64,000 bases of DNA from an uncultured Gammaproteobacteria bacterium (GCA_964474445.1 CAYYSJ010000005.1:17835-81834), one strand, 5' to 3'. Shown: positions 1-12,141, counted from the first letter of the stretch. The notes: generated from the sequence alone by a model not told the origin. Numbers and translations: made by a program.

Positions 1-58
1 GTTGAGATAGAAGACTTAGTTAAAATTGCGACAATAAACGGCAGAAGGACACTAGGAA

Positions 59-868
59 TCAGTTAATCTCTAAAATATTCGTCAGGCAATGTGCACCTCC
101 TCCTGACTTCATAAATTCACTCAAATCAACCTCTTCTGTTTTATATCCTAAGTCATGAAGTTGTTCTACAAATGTTGGGTTACCTTTTTGGACAATCACA
201 TGATGGTCTGTCACAACACTATTGGATGAAAAACCAAATGCTTCCTCTTTGGTCAATTCTAGTAAATTGGGAATTCTTTTTTTTAGTTCCTGGATAGTTC
301 CAGGAGAATATGCAGGTGGATAATAAAATACGGTCTCATTGTTGAGTGGAAAAAAACCTACATCCAGATGATAAAAAGCAGGATCCATAATTTTTAAGTA
401 CACCACTTCCTTATCATATTTTTTCTGAAGAAATTTGGGGATTTCAGGATCTGAACGATATCCTGTTCCAACAAAAATGGTGTCATTCCAAAAATAGGTC
501 TCACCATTTCCTTCAAGATAATGATGTTTTGGCAATTCTACTATGTCATATCCTTTGTCCCTAAACCATTTTTTATAGTGCTCCCTTTCTCCTTGTCGTT
601 GTACCGGTCTAAAATTACTCAGCAGTACTTCCCTTTCCTTCACAATTCCTTGATCAGTTGCAAAGACCATATCATGCAATCCTTTTACTTGTGGAATGAC
701 ATCAACTGAAATGCCAAGTCTCTCGTAAATTTGTTTTAAACTATTCCATTGTTCTTTCGCTTTTTTTCTATCAACACTTCCAGGTTTCATCCAAGGGTTA
801 TAGATAAACTCAACAGTAAAGTGTAGGGGATCACACATCAGGACGCGGGTAATATTGGAGTGTTTCAT
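59..868 (-). CDS. Amidinotransferase-superfamily enzyme (DDAH / arginine-deiminase-like, about 269 aa)
   Basis: C-terminal GGGAHCLT motif with a catalytic-Cys signature typical of the amidinotransferase/DDAH/ADI fold. The size fits DDAH-like enzymes rather than a 410-aa ADI. Sits next to argG. Confidence 0.5.
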   Translation of the reverse strand: MKHSNITRVLMCDPLHFTVEFIYNPWMKPGSVDRKKAKEQWNSLKQIYERLGISVDVIPQVKGLHDMVFATDQGIVKEREVLLSNFRPVQRQGEREHYKKWFRDKGYDIVELPKHHYLEGNGETYFWNDTIFVGTGYRSDPEIPKFLQKKYDKEVVYLKIMDPAFYHLDVGFFPLNNETVFYYPPAYSPGTIQELKKRIPNLLELTKEEAFGFSSNSVVTDHHVIVQKGNPTFVEQLHDLGYKTEEVDLSEFMKSGGGAHCLTNILEIN

Positions 869-874
869 AGGAAA

Positions 875-2491
875 CTATTTTGATGCTGATAATTTTTCTA
901 TAAATTCATGTGCAACTGTTGGTGATGTGATAAGTGGTGCGTTATACCGGACCGCCATTTGTCTTGTGAATTGCCCATCTGTTTTTTCCTTGTTTGTTGT
1001 TATTTTCCCCGTTGGGATATTAATAATGACGTCAAACCGATTTGCTTCTAATAAGTCCTTGAGATTTGGTTTGAGATGAGGTTGCGACACTTTGTTCACT
1101 GCAACTGATTCGATGTGATGTGCTTTCAAGAATTTATGGGTTTTATACGTAGCATAGAGTCGGTATTTAAGGTCTGATAAGCGTTTAATATCTGGAAGCA
1201 TTTTTATTTTATTCTCTCTTTTTCCAATACTGACTAATGCCGTTCTTTCTGCTCGTTGTGCTAGTCTCATTTGCAGTGTATAGAGCTCAATAAACCCAGC
1301 TGAAGCATTTTGATTGAACGCAGTGCTTGCCATAAAGGTTGCAAGTTTTTCTTCAAAAATCGTATTAGGAGTTTCAAGAGCTATCATATGAACGTTTCCT
1401 TTATATAACTTAAGAGTAACTTTTCCTGTCACCTTCTTATTCACATTATCAACATATGCATTCAAATCGTCCATGAGAGGCTCGTACCATAATCCTCCGT
1501 AACATAAGTATGCCCATTTTGTATCAATCAGAGATTTGAATTCATTTTCTGCCCGTGTTGAAACATATGCTTCCAGTTGCTTGTGGGCAGTAACAATAAC
1601 TTCCGCAGCAGGGGCTTCAAAAATATCACGAATTTTTAGTCCAACTACCCTATCTTCAATATGAATATTAGTGCCAACACCATGCTTTGATCCTATGGTG
1701 TTTAATTTCATAATAAGATCTGCAAGTTTCATTTGTTGTCCATTGAGAGCAACAGGAAGACCTTTCACAAATTCAAGATCAACAATTTCTGATGTGTCTG
1801 GAGCTTCCTCTGGAAGTTTGTTGATTTGAAGAATTTTCTCAAGTGGAGCAACGAGTGCAGGATTTTCTATTTCTCCCCCTTCTCCTGAGATTCCCCACAT
1901 ATTGTCATCGTATGAATATGGCTTATCTTTTGTTTGGCTTACTGGAATACCGTGTTTTTTTGCGTAGTCTATTTCTTCATCTCTTCCCATATTCCACTCT
2001 CGTACTGGTGCAATAATTTTCATGTCAGGATTGAGAGCAAGAATCGTTCCCTCAATTCTCACCTGGTCATTCCCTTTGCCCGTGCATCCATGTGCAATAC
2101 AGTCTGCCCCTTCTTGCTCTGCAATTTTGACTGCCCATTTTGCGAGCAGTGGTCTTCCAAGAGGTGTTGCAAGACGATATTCTTGTTGATAAGAGGCATT
2201 TGCTTTGATTCCTTTTGCAATATACTCTTGTGCAAATTCATCTTTTGCATCGATAACAAATGCTTTCACAGCACCAAGTTTGAGTGCTTTTTTCTTGATG
2301 ACATCTAAATCATCTGCAATTTGACCAATATCAATAGTTAGTGCAATAACTTCTGCTTTGTATTCTTCATGAATCCATTTGAGCATGACTGATGTGTCCA
2401 GACCACCGGAATAGAGGAGAACAACTTTATTGACCTCACCTTTTCGGCCTTCGTAGGAGGAAACTTTTACGTATTCTGTTTTTTTCTTCAT
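875..2491 (-). CDS. argG: Argininosuccinate synthase with a C-terminal CarB-type MGS-like (allosteric) domain fusion
   Basis: N-terminal PP-loop VVLLYSGGLDTSV and ArgG-wide similarity over about 400 aa. The extra roughly 130 C-terminal residues (YRLYATYKTHKFLKAHHIESVAVNKVSQPHLKPNLKDLLEANRFDVIINIPTGK...RQMAVRYNAPLITS) match the MGS-like allosteric domain of the carbamoyl-phosphate synthase large subunit. Confidence 0.8.
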   Translation of the reverse strand: MKKKTEYVKVSSYEGRKGEVNKVVLLYSGGLDTSVMLKWIHEEYKAEVIALTIDIGQIADDLDVIKKKALKLGAVKAFVIDAKDEFAQEYIAKGIKANASYQQEYRLATPLGRPLLAKWAVKIAEQEGADCIAHGCTGKGNDQVRIEGTILALNPDMKIIAPVREWNMGRDEEIDYAKKHGIPVSQTKDKPYSYDDNMWGISGEGGEIENPALVAPLEKILQINKLPEEAPDTSEIVDLEFVKGLPVALNGQQMKLADLIMKLNTIGSKHGVGTNIHIEDRVVGLKIRDIFEAPAAEVIVTAHKQLEAYVSTRAENEFKSLIDTKWAYLCYGGLWYEPLMDDLNAYVDNVNKKVTGKVTLKLYKGNVHMIALETPNTIFEEKLATFMASTAFNQNASAGFIELYTLQMRLAQRAERTALVSIGKRENKIKMLPDIKRLSDLKYRLYATYKTHKFLKAHHIESVAVNKVSQPHLKPNLKDLLEANRFDVIINIPTGKITTNKEKTDGQFTRQMAVRYNAPLITSPTVAHEFIEKLSASK

Positions 2492-2677
2492 AGAGAGAGA
2501 AAAATGAAGGAGATTTCTTGGAAAATGTGATATTTTTTATATTTTTTTACGTTTTTCCAAAAAAAGTAACCCTTACTACAGTAGAGAAAATGGCAAAGCT
2601 TTGTCAATAGGCAAATTGAAGAATTCTAAATAAATATGTATTTTCTTTTAAAAATGAACGTTTTATTGTTAAATTTA

Positions 2678-3535
2678 TTAATTTTTTAGAGATTTTTCAG
2701 TAGCAACGACTAAATTCTCCATGAGACACGCAACATTCACTGGTCCTACTCCTCCCGGGATTGGCGTATACCATCCTGCTTTGTCCTTTATATCTTCTTC
2801 ATCGTAATCTCCCACAAATGTTCCCTCTTCTGTCCTACTCAGACCAATCCCAACAAGAATTGCATCCTTTTTTATCATGTCAGAGGTAAGGACATGTGGC
2901 TTGCCAACAGCGGTGATAATGATATCTGCTTGTTGTGTGATTTCTGATGGGTGAGGAGTTTTTGAGTCAATAACAGTCACATCTTCTCCACGTTTTTTTA
3001 GGAGCTCTATAACAGGTAGTCCTCCAGTTTTTCCTTTCCCCATGACAACAATCTTTTTTGATGCAAGCCATTCATTGAAAGACTCTCCTGTTTTCTCTGT
3101 CTCTTTTATCATAGGGATTTCCAAAACTTTCATGACTGCATTTGCAATAGGGATAATAAATTGGGAATTCGGAACAAATCCGTCAACATCTTTGTTTGGA
3201 TGAATTTCTTTAATCAGTGCTTCATAGTCAATATGGGAAGGTACAGGGAGTTGAAGGATAAGACCGTGAACATCTGTTTTGTCTTGTAAAAATGCGATGC
3301 ACTCTTTAAGTGTTTGCTGGTTAACAGAGTCTGGAAAATTGTAAACAGAAACAACTGCGCCAATTTGTTTGGCCATTTTTTCTTTTTGTGCAATATATGA
3401 AGAAATTGCTGGATCCTCTCCTACTCGAATAACTGCCATGTGAGGTTGAACCTGAAAATCTTGATCAAGCTCATCAACACGATGTAAAAGGTCTGCAAGA
3501 ATATAATTTGAGATTGTCTTGCCGTCAATAATCAT
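2678..3535 (-). CDS. folD: Bifunctional methylenetetrahydrofolate dehydrogenase/cyclohydrolase
   Basis: Full-length similarity to FolD: GKTIS start and PIPGGVGPVNVACLMENL C-terminal motif. Confidence 0.85.
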   Translation of the reverse strand: MIIDGKTISNYILADLLHRVDELDQDFQVQPHMAVIRVGEDPAISSYIAQKEKMAKQIGAVVSVYNFPDSVNQQTLKECIAFLQDKTDVHGLILQLPVPSHIDYEALIKEIHPNKDVDGFVPNSQFIIPIANAVMKVLEIPMIKETEKTGESFNEWLASKKIVVMGKGKTGGLPVIELLKKRGEDVTVIDSKTPHPSEITQQADIIITAVGKPHVLTSDMIKKDAILVGIGLSRTEEGTFVGDYDEEDIKDKAGWYTPIPGGVGPVNVACLMENLVVATEKSLKN

Positions 3536-3568
3536 AGAGGTATTATACCAGATTGAACTCAGAAGTCG

Positions 3569-3967
3569 TTACTGCTTTTTGCGATTTCTCTGTTTTCTTC
3601 TTTCGTTAGTTATTCGTTGAGAGAGAATGTTATAACGACGTGCAGTATCAGGAGAAGATAAAACATAACTTCTGCTTCTGGGAGAAAATTCTAAACCATC
3701 AGGATAGGTATCCCCAAATTGTGAAGCAGTAAAGTCCTCTCTTTCTCCATCTGGAAGCTCATTAATATAGTGAGACCGCATGTGAGCAAAAGCTGATCCT
3801 TCCAGTGACGCTCGAAGGAGTCTTCCGCCTAGCCTTTTTTGAGCGGCTGCAGCAACAACAGCACATTGCCCATACATTGGATTTTCAGAAGTCCAATTGT
3901 TAGGATCTGAGGATGTATCTTGTTGACATGCTTGTGTTAGCGTTGTGGTAAACTCTTCTTTTCTCAT
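3569..3967 (-). CDS. Hypothetical protein (132 aa), last gene of a six-gene small-protein operon
   Basis: Intact ORF, adjacent to the upstream gene. Conserved-looking NWTSENPMYGQCAVVAAAAQKRLGG segment. Arg/Lys-rich tail. Confidence 0.4.
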   Translation of the reverse strand: MRKEEFTTTLTQACQQDTSSDPNNWTSENPMYGQCAVVAAAAQKRLGGRLLRASLEGSAFAHMRSHYINELPDGEREDFTASQFGDTYPDGLEFSPRSRSYVLSSPDTARRYNILSQRITNERRKQRNRKKQ

Positions 3968-3969
3968 TC

Positions 3970-4209
3970 TTATGAAGCTCTTCGCATTCTGCTTTTTGCT
4001 GCCTCCCTTGCAATTTCATAATGGACTCCTAATAGGAGTGGATTCATTGCCGCAATACCATTTGATTCTGCTTCTCTCATGAATTTTCTTGACTTGTGTA
4101 AAAAGAGACCTTTATTTGGCCTCAGCTCATCCTCATATGCTGCTCGTCTTGCTTTTGCAAGAAATGCTTCTTGTTCTGGAGTAAGTTGATACTCTTGTTC
4201 TCTTAGCAT
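3970..4209 (-). CDS. Hypothetical small protein (79 aa)
   Basis: ORF tightly packed in an operon (3-5 nt gaps). Charged, helical composition. Confidence 0.35.
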   Translation of the reverse strand: MLREQEYQLTPEQEAFLAKARRAAYEDELRPNKGLFLHKSRKFMREAESNGIAAMNPLLLGVHYEIAREAAKSRMRRAS

Positions 4210-4214
4210 AGTAA

Positions 4215-4553
4215 TTATCCCAAATCTTCCAATGGCATTTTTGCAAGAAGCCTTCTTTTTTGTTTGGTTCCTTCTATATCTCTTATCGCTTCTACATCTG
4301 ATGTTGTTTCCACCTCACGATAATCAAATGCCCTCTCAAGACGGTCTCTTTCTGCTATGGCGCTTTGTCTTCTCTGCTCAACCTCTTCCCTTTTTACATC
4401 ACTAAGAGGTGAAGAAAGTTGCAGACGAGTTCGTCGAAGTTCTTCTGTTACAGAACGAAATTCTTTTTGCAGTCTCATAAGTCGTCCTCTTTCTTGAAAA
4501 TCAATAAGATTCATAGCTAGGTAGCCTTTACGTACCCTTTCTTTCGTAGCCAC
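4215..4553 (-). CDS. Hypothetical coiled-coil protein (112 aa; alternative start at 4514 gives 99 aa)
   Basis: ORF with a strongly Arg/Glu-rich heptad-like sequence. The alternative ATG at 4514 lies 2 nt after the upstream stop codon. Confidence 0.35.
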   Translation of the reverse strand: MATKERVRKGYLAMNLIDFQERGRLMRLQKEFRSVTEELRRTRLQLSSPLSDVKREEVEQRRQSAIAERDRLERAFDYREVETTSDVEAIRDIEGTKQKRRLLAKMPLEDLG

Positions 4554-4948
4554 AGTTGTGTTCGTTTATATTGTTCATCATCATGTTCTCTTCGTTCTTG
4601 TCCATCAGGTCCTGTAGCTGTTCTCGTTGTTAGTTTATCTAAAACTTCTCCTTTTGCCTTTCGTATTGCATTCAATTCTTTTGCCACGTGCTCTAATGTA
4701 ACCGGAGTTTCTCTGGTGCCTTGAAATGCAGAGACTCGTCTTTTGAGTTCTGCTCCATCTAAAACGTGATGACCATTCGCAGTTGAAATGCGTCGTTGTT
4801 GCTCAAGATCGTCATACTCTTTCCTCAGTGCTTGTTCACGTCTTCGTTGGTCAAGATCAATAGGCTGAGTATTGGCAGTACTTTCGTTATGAGAAGGAGT
4901 GCTTTGTGGATGTTCGATTTTTTTTTGTTCAAAGTCAATAATTGTCAT
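4517..4948 (-). CDS. Hypothetical protein (143 aa)
   Basis: ORF in an operon. Charged low-complexity sequence with no recognised domain. Confidence 0.35.
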   Translation of the reverse strand: MTIIDFEQKKIEHPQSTPSHNESTANTQPIDLDQRRREQALRKEYDDLEQQRRISTANGHHVLDGAELKRRVSAFQGTRETPVTLEHVAKELNAIRKAKGEVLDKLTTRTATGPDGQERREHDDEQYKRTQLWLRKKGYVKAT

Positions 4949-4951
4949 AGG

Positions 4952-5509
4952 TTAGCTTGCTCTTCTTCTTGGACCTTTTTTGGGCCCTTCGGTTGGGCCA
5001 TCAAATGGTTTCCAGTCAAAAGTTCCTCTTCGTACCGCTTGTATTGTATTTGCTACAGCAATTGCTGCCATTTCGTGATCCCATGCGTCATTGTGATATG
5101 GCTCTCCCCTTTTCATGAGTCTTTCCCTTTCTGCTTTCATCTTGATAAATGCTTCTGGGTCAGTGCGATATGCTCTTCTTGCTCGTGCGGTATCTGGATG
5201 AATAATCTCATCAACAGGATTTAAATTTCCTCCAATATGAATATCTTCACAAACAGAGATTACGTTATACGGATGATCTGCTGCTTTTGCAGAGAGACCT
5301 TTTACTTGGACTTCAACACCAAAAGGGCTCACATGATGTACGTGCAATGTTTTATCTTTGCCATTGCATACATGCACTCCTGGAAATTGACACTCATATC
5401 CATCTCTTCTTCTAATTTCCTCTTTTGCTGCGTCCGTTAATGTGCGTTTTTCTATTGGATATAATGTATATTTTTCGCCTTGGTCTTTTCTTACATCTGG
5501 TTTTCCCAT
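4952..5509 (-). CDS. HNH endonuclease-domain protein
   Basis: Motif CQFPGVHVC...LHVHHV...NVISVCEDIH fits the Cys...Cys / HH / N...C..H HNH nuclease pattern. Confidence 0.5.
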   Translation of the reverse strand: MGKPDVRKDQGEKYTLYPIEKRTLTDAAKEEIRRRDGYECQFPGVHVCNGKDKTLHVHHVSPFGVEVQVKGLSAKAADHPYNVISVCEDIHIGGNLNPVDEIIHPDTARARRAYRTDPEAFIKMKAERERLMKRGEPYHNDAWDHEMAAIAVANTIQAVRRGTFDWKPFDGPTEGPKKGPRRRAS

Positions 5510-6294
5510 CGTCTTCTCCTTCCTATATCTTCTTTTCCAAATACTTTTCCCGTGGCAGCTTCTACCTCATTGCTGTATCCTTTTTTTGCCATTGGACCAA
5601 GAATGTCGTTATACATAAAAAAAAGCAGCTCTTGTTGAGCTGCTGGATTAGAGGCAAGAAGGCCGAAAAGGCTTTCCCCTGGCTCAAGCAACCAGGTGAA
5701 CGCATTAGTGAGATGTTCTCTTAATGCTGTGTCAAATTCTTGAGGAGAAAGATTTGCATAATGGGGCAAGGTCTTTAGGGTTTTTACAATAAATCCTCTG
5801 TCAAAAATGGTGAGTGGTTGGGCTTTATCAAGAACACGGGTCATAAAGCCTTCTTTATCCATGCGTCCTTCACGATGTTCAAATCTGTCATCTAAGTCTT
5901 CTACATAGACTCTGTCCTGTTGGGAAAAAAGTGGAAAAACATCACTTTCCTTGTATTCCTGTTCATATGCATCATATTGAGCGCGAAGTTGGTCATAGTC
6001 TTGGCGGCCTCTTGATAAATCTCCATGAAGGTTTGCTTCTCCACTATCATGCAGGTCTGCCATAATATCTACTTCGTTCAAGTTAATTGCTTTCGAAAGG
6101 TGAGGATACTTTTGCCTTATGGAGCCAGAAAGTCTTTTCATGCCATTGACGTGATCAAGGACTGTTTCTTGTCTTCCTTGGTTATCTGTTATACCGTTGT
6201 AGCGAATAATTTGAGGAAGAATAGTACTCCTCACACGAGCAAGTGAGGCTTTAAGAGTAGGACTAGAGGCTAATGCTTCGGCTCTCTGAACCAT
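5491..6294 (-). CDS. HD-domain phosphohydrolase (YfbR-like 5'-deoxynucleotidase fold)
   Basis: VLDHVNGM ... IMADLHDSGEANLHGDL matches the H...HD...D metal-binding signature of the HD superfamily. Confidence 0.45.
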   Translation of the reverse strand: MVQRAEALASSPTLKASLARVRSTILPQIIRYNGITDNQGRQETVLDHVNGMKRLSGSIRQKYPHLSKAINLNEVDIMADLHDSGEANLHGDLSRGRQDYDQLRAQYDAYEQEYKESDVFPLFSQQDRVYVEDLDDRFEHREGRMDKEGFMTRVLDKAQPLTIFDRGFIVKTLKTLPHYANLSPQEFDTALREHLTNAFTWLLEPGESLFGLLASNPAAQQELLFFMYNDILGPMAKKGYSNEVEAATGKVFGKEDIGRRRRWENQM

Positions 6295-6446
6295 ATAATA
6301 GTGTGCTATAATACGCTTTGATCTTCAAAAATTCAGAGAGAATGGTTGATCGTATCTTGAAAACACTAGACATAAACATTTACTCGAGTAAGCATTTGCA
6401 TGTACTCATGTTAATATTAACTCAAGTCTAATGGTAATTGTAATTA

Positions 6447-6863
6447 GTGTCAATGGATCATACTATGTCAAATTCAGCTAAAAAAATTGGTGGATATACA
6501 AAATACCAGCGAGAGAAAAAGGGGTATTCTCTCAATGAGTTTGCCCGTCTTTGTAATTTTACCTCATCGTTCTTGCTTAAGCTTGAACGAGGAGATTACC
6601 ATAATGTGAAATTTGATGTTATTGAGAAGATATCGAATGCGCTGGATATGTCTATTGAGGATTTTCTTATTAAGTGTCAAATTACTTCTGGCAAAAAAAA
6701 ACTAGACAGTCTTGATTATTACTTTAAAGAATCATACCAATTTCCGGAAGAAGCTATTAGTGATTTAAAGCTTTTTATTCAATTGCTTCAGAAAAAATAC
6801 AAAACGCAAATTAAAGAGTTAAAAGAAGCGCACAAAAAATATTGGGAAGAGAAAACAAAGTAG
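6447..6863 (+). CDS. XRE-family (Cro/C1-type) helix-turn-helix transcriptional regulator
   Basis: N-terminal YSLNEFARLCNFTSSFLLKLERG...ISNALDMSIEDFL is a canonical XRE HTH. Divergent from the HD/HNH operon. Confidence 0.65.
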   Translation: MSMDHTMSNSAKKIGGYTKYQREKKGYSLNEFARLCNFTSSFLLKLERGDYHNVKFDVIEKISNALDMSIEDFLIKCQITSGKKKLDSLDYYFKESYQFPEEAISDLKLFIQLLQKKYKTQIKELKEAHKKYWEEKTK

Positions 6864-6897
6864 TTTTTGGAGTTTCCCTCACAGCTTTTGAGAGTTA

Positions 6898-9453
6898 CTA
6901 CACTTTTTCTTCAACACACGTTGCAGAGGCAATCTTATCAGCATCTTTGGAGAATCGCATGAGAATGACTCCTTGTGTTGCTCGTGAAAGTCGTGGAATT
7001 GAAACAGCGTCAAGTTGCACAACTTGACCTTTCTTTGAAGTCATAATCACTGTTTTGCAACTTGCTGGCATAATTTGTGAGACAACAACTTTTCCAGTCT
7101 TTTCTGTCACATTTGCTACTTTCACTCCCATGCCTCCTCTACTCTGTCCTCGGAATTCTGATGCTAAGGTTTTCTTTCCAAGACCATTTTCCATAATAGT
7201 GATAAGCACTGCTTCTTTATCATCTTTATTGATAATATCCATACTAATCACTTCGTCACTTGCTGGAATTTTAATACCTCTCACACCTTGTGTTGCACGG
7301 CCCATTGGTCTCACATCTTCCTCTGAAAAGCGGATTGCTTTTCCTTCTTTAGTGACAAGAAGAATAACATCCTCTCCAGTTGTTAAGTTACTCCAGACTA
7401 ATTCATCTTTTGTCTCAAGTTTTATTGCAACAATACCAGAGCGTCTGATATTTGTGAATTCTGAGACTGCAGATTTTTTAACAGTTCCATTTCGAGTTGT
7501 AAGGAAGACGTATTTCCCTTCAATTTTTCCTGAGTAGCTGATAAATGATTCAACTCGTTCCCCTGCTTCAATATTCAGAAGATTAACAATAGCTGTGCCT
7601 TTACTTGTTCTGCTACTTTCTGCAATTTCATATGCTTTCAATTGATAGACTTTTCCTTTATTGGTGAAGAACAAAATATTGTCATGTGTTTGGGCATAGC
7701 GAATTGCCATAATTTCATCTTCATCTTTCGTAGTCATGCCTTTCACTCCTTTGCCCCCTCTATTTTGCGTTGAGAATGAGGAGGTTGATTGTCTTTTAAT
7801 ATATCCTGTTGAGGTGATGGTGATAACCGTTGGTTCATTTGGAATAAGATCCTCTTCTGAGAATTCATCGACTTTTCCTTTGTATACTCTGGTTCGTCTT
7901 GCATCACCATATTTTTCTTTGAGTTGCTTCAATTCTTCTCCAATCACTTTCAAAATCTTTTCAGAATGTGCAAGTAAATCTTCCAAATATGCGATGGTTT
8001 CCTTGATCATTAACAACTCATCTTCAATCTTTTGTCGCTCCAGTGCTGCAAGTCTTCGAAGCTGCATGTCCAAAATAGCTGTTGATTGAATTTCTGAAAG
8101 CTTGAATTTCTCCATCAAGTTCTTCTTTGCTTCTTCTTGGTCTTTTGAGGCACGAATTGTTGCAATAACAGCATCAATATGGTCAACAGCAATCTTTAAT
8201 CCTTCCAAAATATGCAGTCGTGCTTGTGCCTGTCTCAATTCGAACTCTGAACGTCTAGTGACAACAATGAATCGGTGTCTTAGGTATTCTTCAAGAATTG
8301 CTTTGAGGGTAAGTGTCTGTGGTGTTCCATCAACAAGTGCAACAACATTTCCAGGGAATGATGTTTGCAAGGATGTATTTTTGAAAAGATTGTTTAATAC
8401 TTTCTTTGGTGCAGCATCCCTTTTTAATTCAACAACAACTCGAAGACCATGTCTATCTGATTCATCCCTCAGATCGGTAATACCTTCAATCTTTTTCTCT
8501 TTTGCTAAATCAGCAATGCGGCTGACTAAGAGTGCTTTGTTTACTTGGTATGGAAGCTCGGTAATAATAATTGCTGATTTTCCTTGTCCAATATCTTCAA
8601 TTTCTGCTTTTCCTCGAATAACAATCTTGCCTTTTCCTGTTGTGTAAAGATTTCGAATTTCTTGAATATCATAAATTGCACCAGCTGTTGGAAAATCAGG
8701 GCCTTTGACGTACTCTAACAACTCATCAACAGTAATGTCAGTTTGGACGTTGACGCGTAACTTACTTTCCTGTGTCAGAGCTTCTGCAGGGAGGACTGCT
8801 CCTTCTCCACTACTCTCTTTACCCGCAAGTGGGACTGGAGTATCTTTGGCAATTTTTGTTTTGGCAATCATTGCCTCAAGTGCATCAATTACTTCAGTTA
8901 AATTGTGTGGAGGGATTTTTGTTGCCATACCAACAGCAATTCCCTCTGCTCCCATCAGCAACAGATTTGGTAATTTTGCAGGAAGATAGAGTGGCTCTTG
9001 CAGTGTGTTATCAAAATTTCCTTTTGTTTCAACAGTTTCTTTCTCAAGGTCATACAGCATTTCAGCAGTAATTGCTGCCATTCGAGCTTCTGTGTAACGC
9101 ATTGCCGCTGGTGGATCGCCATCAAGTGAACCGAAATTTCCTTGGCCATCTACTAGAGGATATCTCATTGAGAAATTTTGAGCTAAACGAACCAAAGCAT
9201 CATAAATTGGCATGTCTCCATGTGGGTGGTATTTACCCATCACTTCTCCAACAATTTTTGCAGATTTTGAATACTTTGCAGAATGGTACAGACTCATTTC
9301 ATGCATTGCGTACAAAATTCTTCTGTGGACTGGCTTTAGACCGTCTCGTACATCAGGAAGTGCACGATCGACAATAACAGACATTGCGTAATCTAAATAC
9401 GCACGTCGCATCTCTTGTGTCAGCTCTGTTTTTTGTAATTTACCAATTTCCAT
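6898..9453 (-). CDS. gyrA: DNA gyrase subunit A
   Basis: 851 aa with a full-length GyrA signature ([28 protein letters not shown]) and C-terminal beta-pinwheel repeats. Confidence 0.95.
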   Translation of the reverse strand: MEIGKLQKTELTQEMRRAYLDYAMSVIVDRALPDVRDGLKPVHRRILYAMHEMSLYHSAKYSKSAKIVGEVMGKYHPHGDMPIYDALVRLAQNFSMRYPLVDGQGNFGSLDGDPPAAMRYTEARMAAITAEMLYDLEKETVETKGNFDNTLQEPLYLPAKLPNLLLMGAEGIAVGMATKIPPHNLTEVIDALEAMIAKTKIAKDTPVPLAGKESSGEGAVLPAEALTQESKLRVNVQTDITVDELLEYVKGPDFPTAGAIYDIQEIRNLYTTGKGKIVIRGKAEIEDIGQGKSAIIITELPYQVNKALLVSRIADLAKEKKIEGITDLRDESDRHGLRVVVELKRDAAPKKVLNNLFKNTSLQTSFPGNVVALVDGTPQTLTLKAILEEYLRHRFIVVTRRSEFELRQAQARLHILEGLKIAVDHIDAVIATIRASKDQEEAKKNLMEKFKLSEIQSTAILDMQLRRLAALERQKIEDELLMIKETIAYLEDLLAHSEKILKVIGEELKQLKEKYGDARRTRVYKGKVDEFSEEDLIPNEPTVITITSTGYIKRQSTSSFSTQNRGGKGVKGMTTKDEDEIMAIRYAQTHDNILFFTNKGKVYQLKAYEIAESSRTSKGTAIVNLLNIEAGERVESFISYSGKIEGKYVFLTTRNGTVKKSAVSEFTNIRRSGIVAIKLETKDELVWSNLTTGEDVILLVTKEGKAIRFSEEDVRPMGRATQGVRGIKIPASDEVISMDIINKDDKEAVLITIMENGLGKKTLASEFRGQSRGGMGVKVANVTEKTGKVVVSQIMPASCKTVIMTSKKGQVVQLDAVSIPRLSRATQGVILMRFSKDADKIASATCVEEKV

Positions 9454-9459
9454 AATGGA

Positions 9460-10002
9460 TTATTTGGAGAAGCCCTCTTCGTTGTATCGGGCGATACATT
9501 CGTGGACAATCTTTTTTGCTTCCTCTACATCTCCCCATCCCAGCACTTTAGTTGTGCCCGGCTTTTTGAGATCTTTGTAGTGGGCAAAATGGAATTCAAT
9601 TTTTTGTTTCCATCTTTTTGGCAGATCATCAAGCGAATTGATTGCATCTCCTGTATTTCGATCATCATCTGGAACACACACAATTTTGTAATCCATTTCT
9701 CCATCATCTTCAAAATTGAAAATGCCGATGATTTTTCCTTTTACAAATACTCCTGTTGGGATTGGTTCATGGCAGATCATTAACACATCTAATTCATCAC
9801 CATCTGTGTCTTTGGTTGCTGGAATGAAGCCGTAGTTTACTGGTTTTGGAAACACATCTGGTTCAACGCGGTCCAACATGAAGATGCCATGTTCACGGTC
9901 GTATTCGATTTTGAGTGAGGATCCTTGAGGAATATCAATAATAGTATTGACCATTCCATTATCAACATCACCTGGTGTAAGAATCTTATTAAAGTCTGGC
10001 AT
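9460..10002 (-). CDS. ppa: Inorganic pyrophosphatase (family I)
   Basis: DGDELDVLMI and a KIVCVPDDD-type Asp cluster. Size 180 aa. Confidence 0.9.
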   Translation of the reverse strand: MPDFNKILTPGDVDNGMVNTIIDIPQGSSLKIEYDREHGIFMLDRVEPDVFPKPVNYGFIPATKDTDGDELDVLMICHEPIPTGVFVKGKIIGIFNFEDDGEMDYKIVCVPDDDRNTGDAINSLDDLPKRWKQKIEFHFAHYKDLKKPGTTKVLGWGDVEEAKKIVHECIARYNEEGFSK

Positions 10003-10096
10003 ACAATTATTATAACACAGTGTTCGTATGAAGAATATAGTATCTGTATCAAGAGTATATGCTTAATACATACTCTACAATTCTTCTATACTATAA

Positions 10097-12121
<2,025 letters not shown>

Positions 12122-12141
12122 TCATCATGAGTTGGACATAT

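Noticed and set aside
7055-9377. Plus-strand ORFs of 94-181 aa antisense to gyrA (e.g. 7055-7537, 8102-8647, 8705-9071, 9072-9377)
   Set aside because: They lie entirely inside the well-conserved gyrA coding region on the opposite strand. They have a Ser/Phe/Leu-rich low-complexity composition typical of antisense frames of AT-rich genes.
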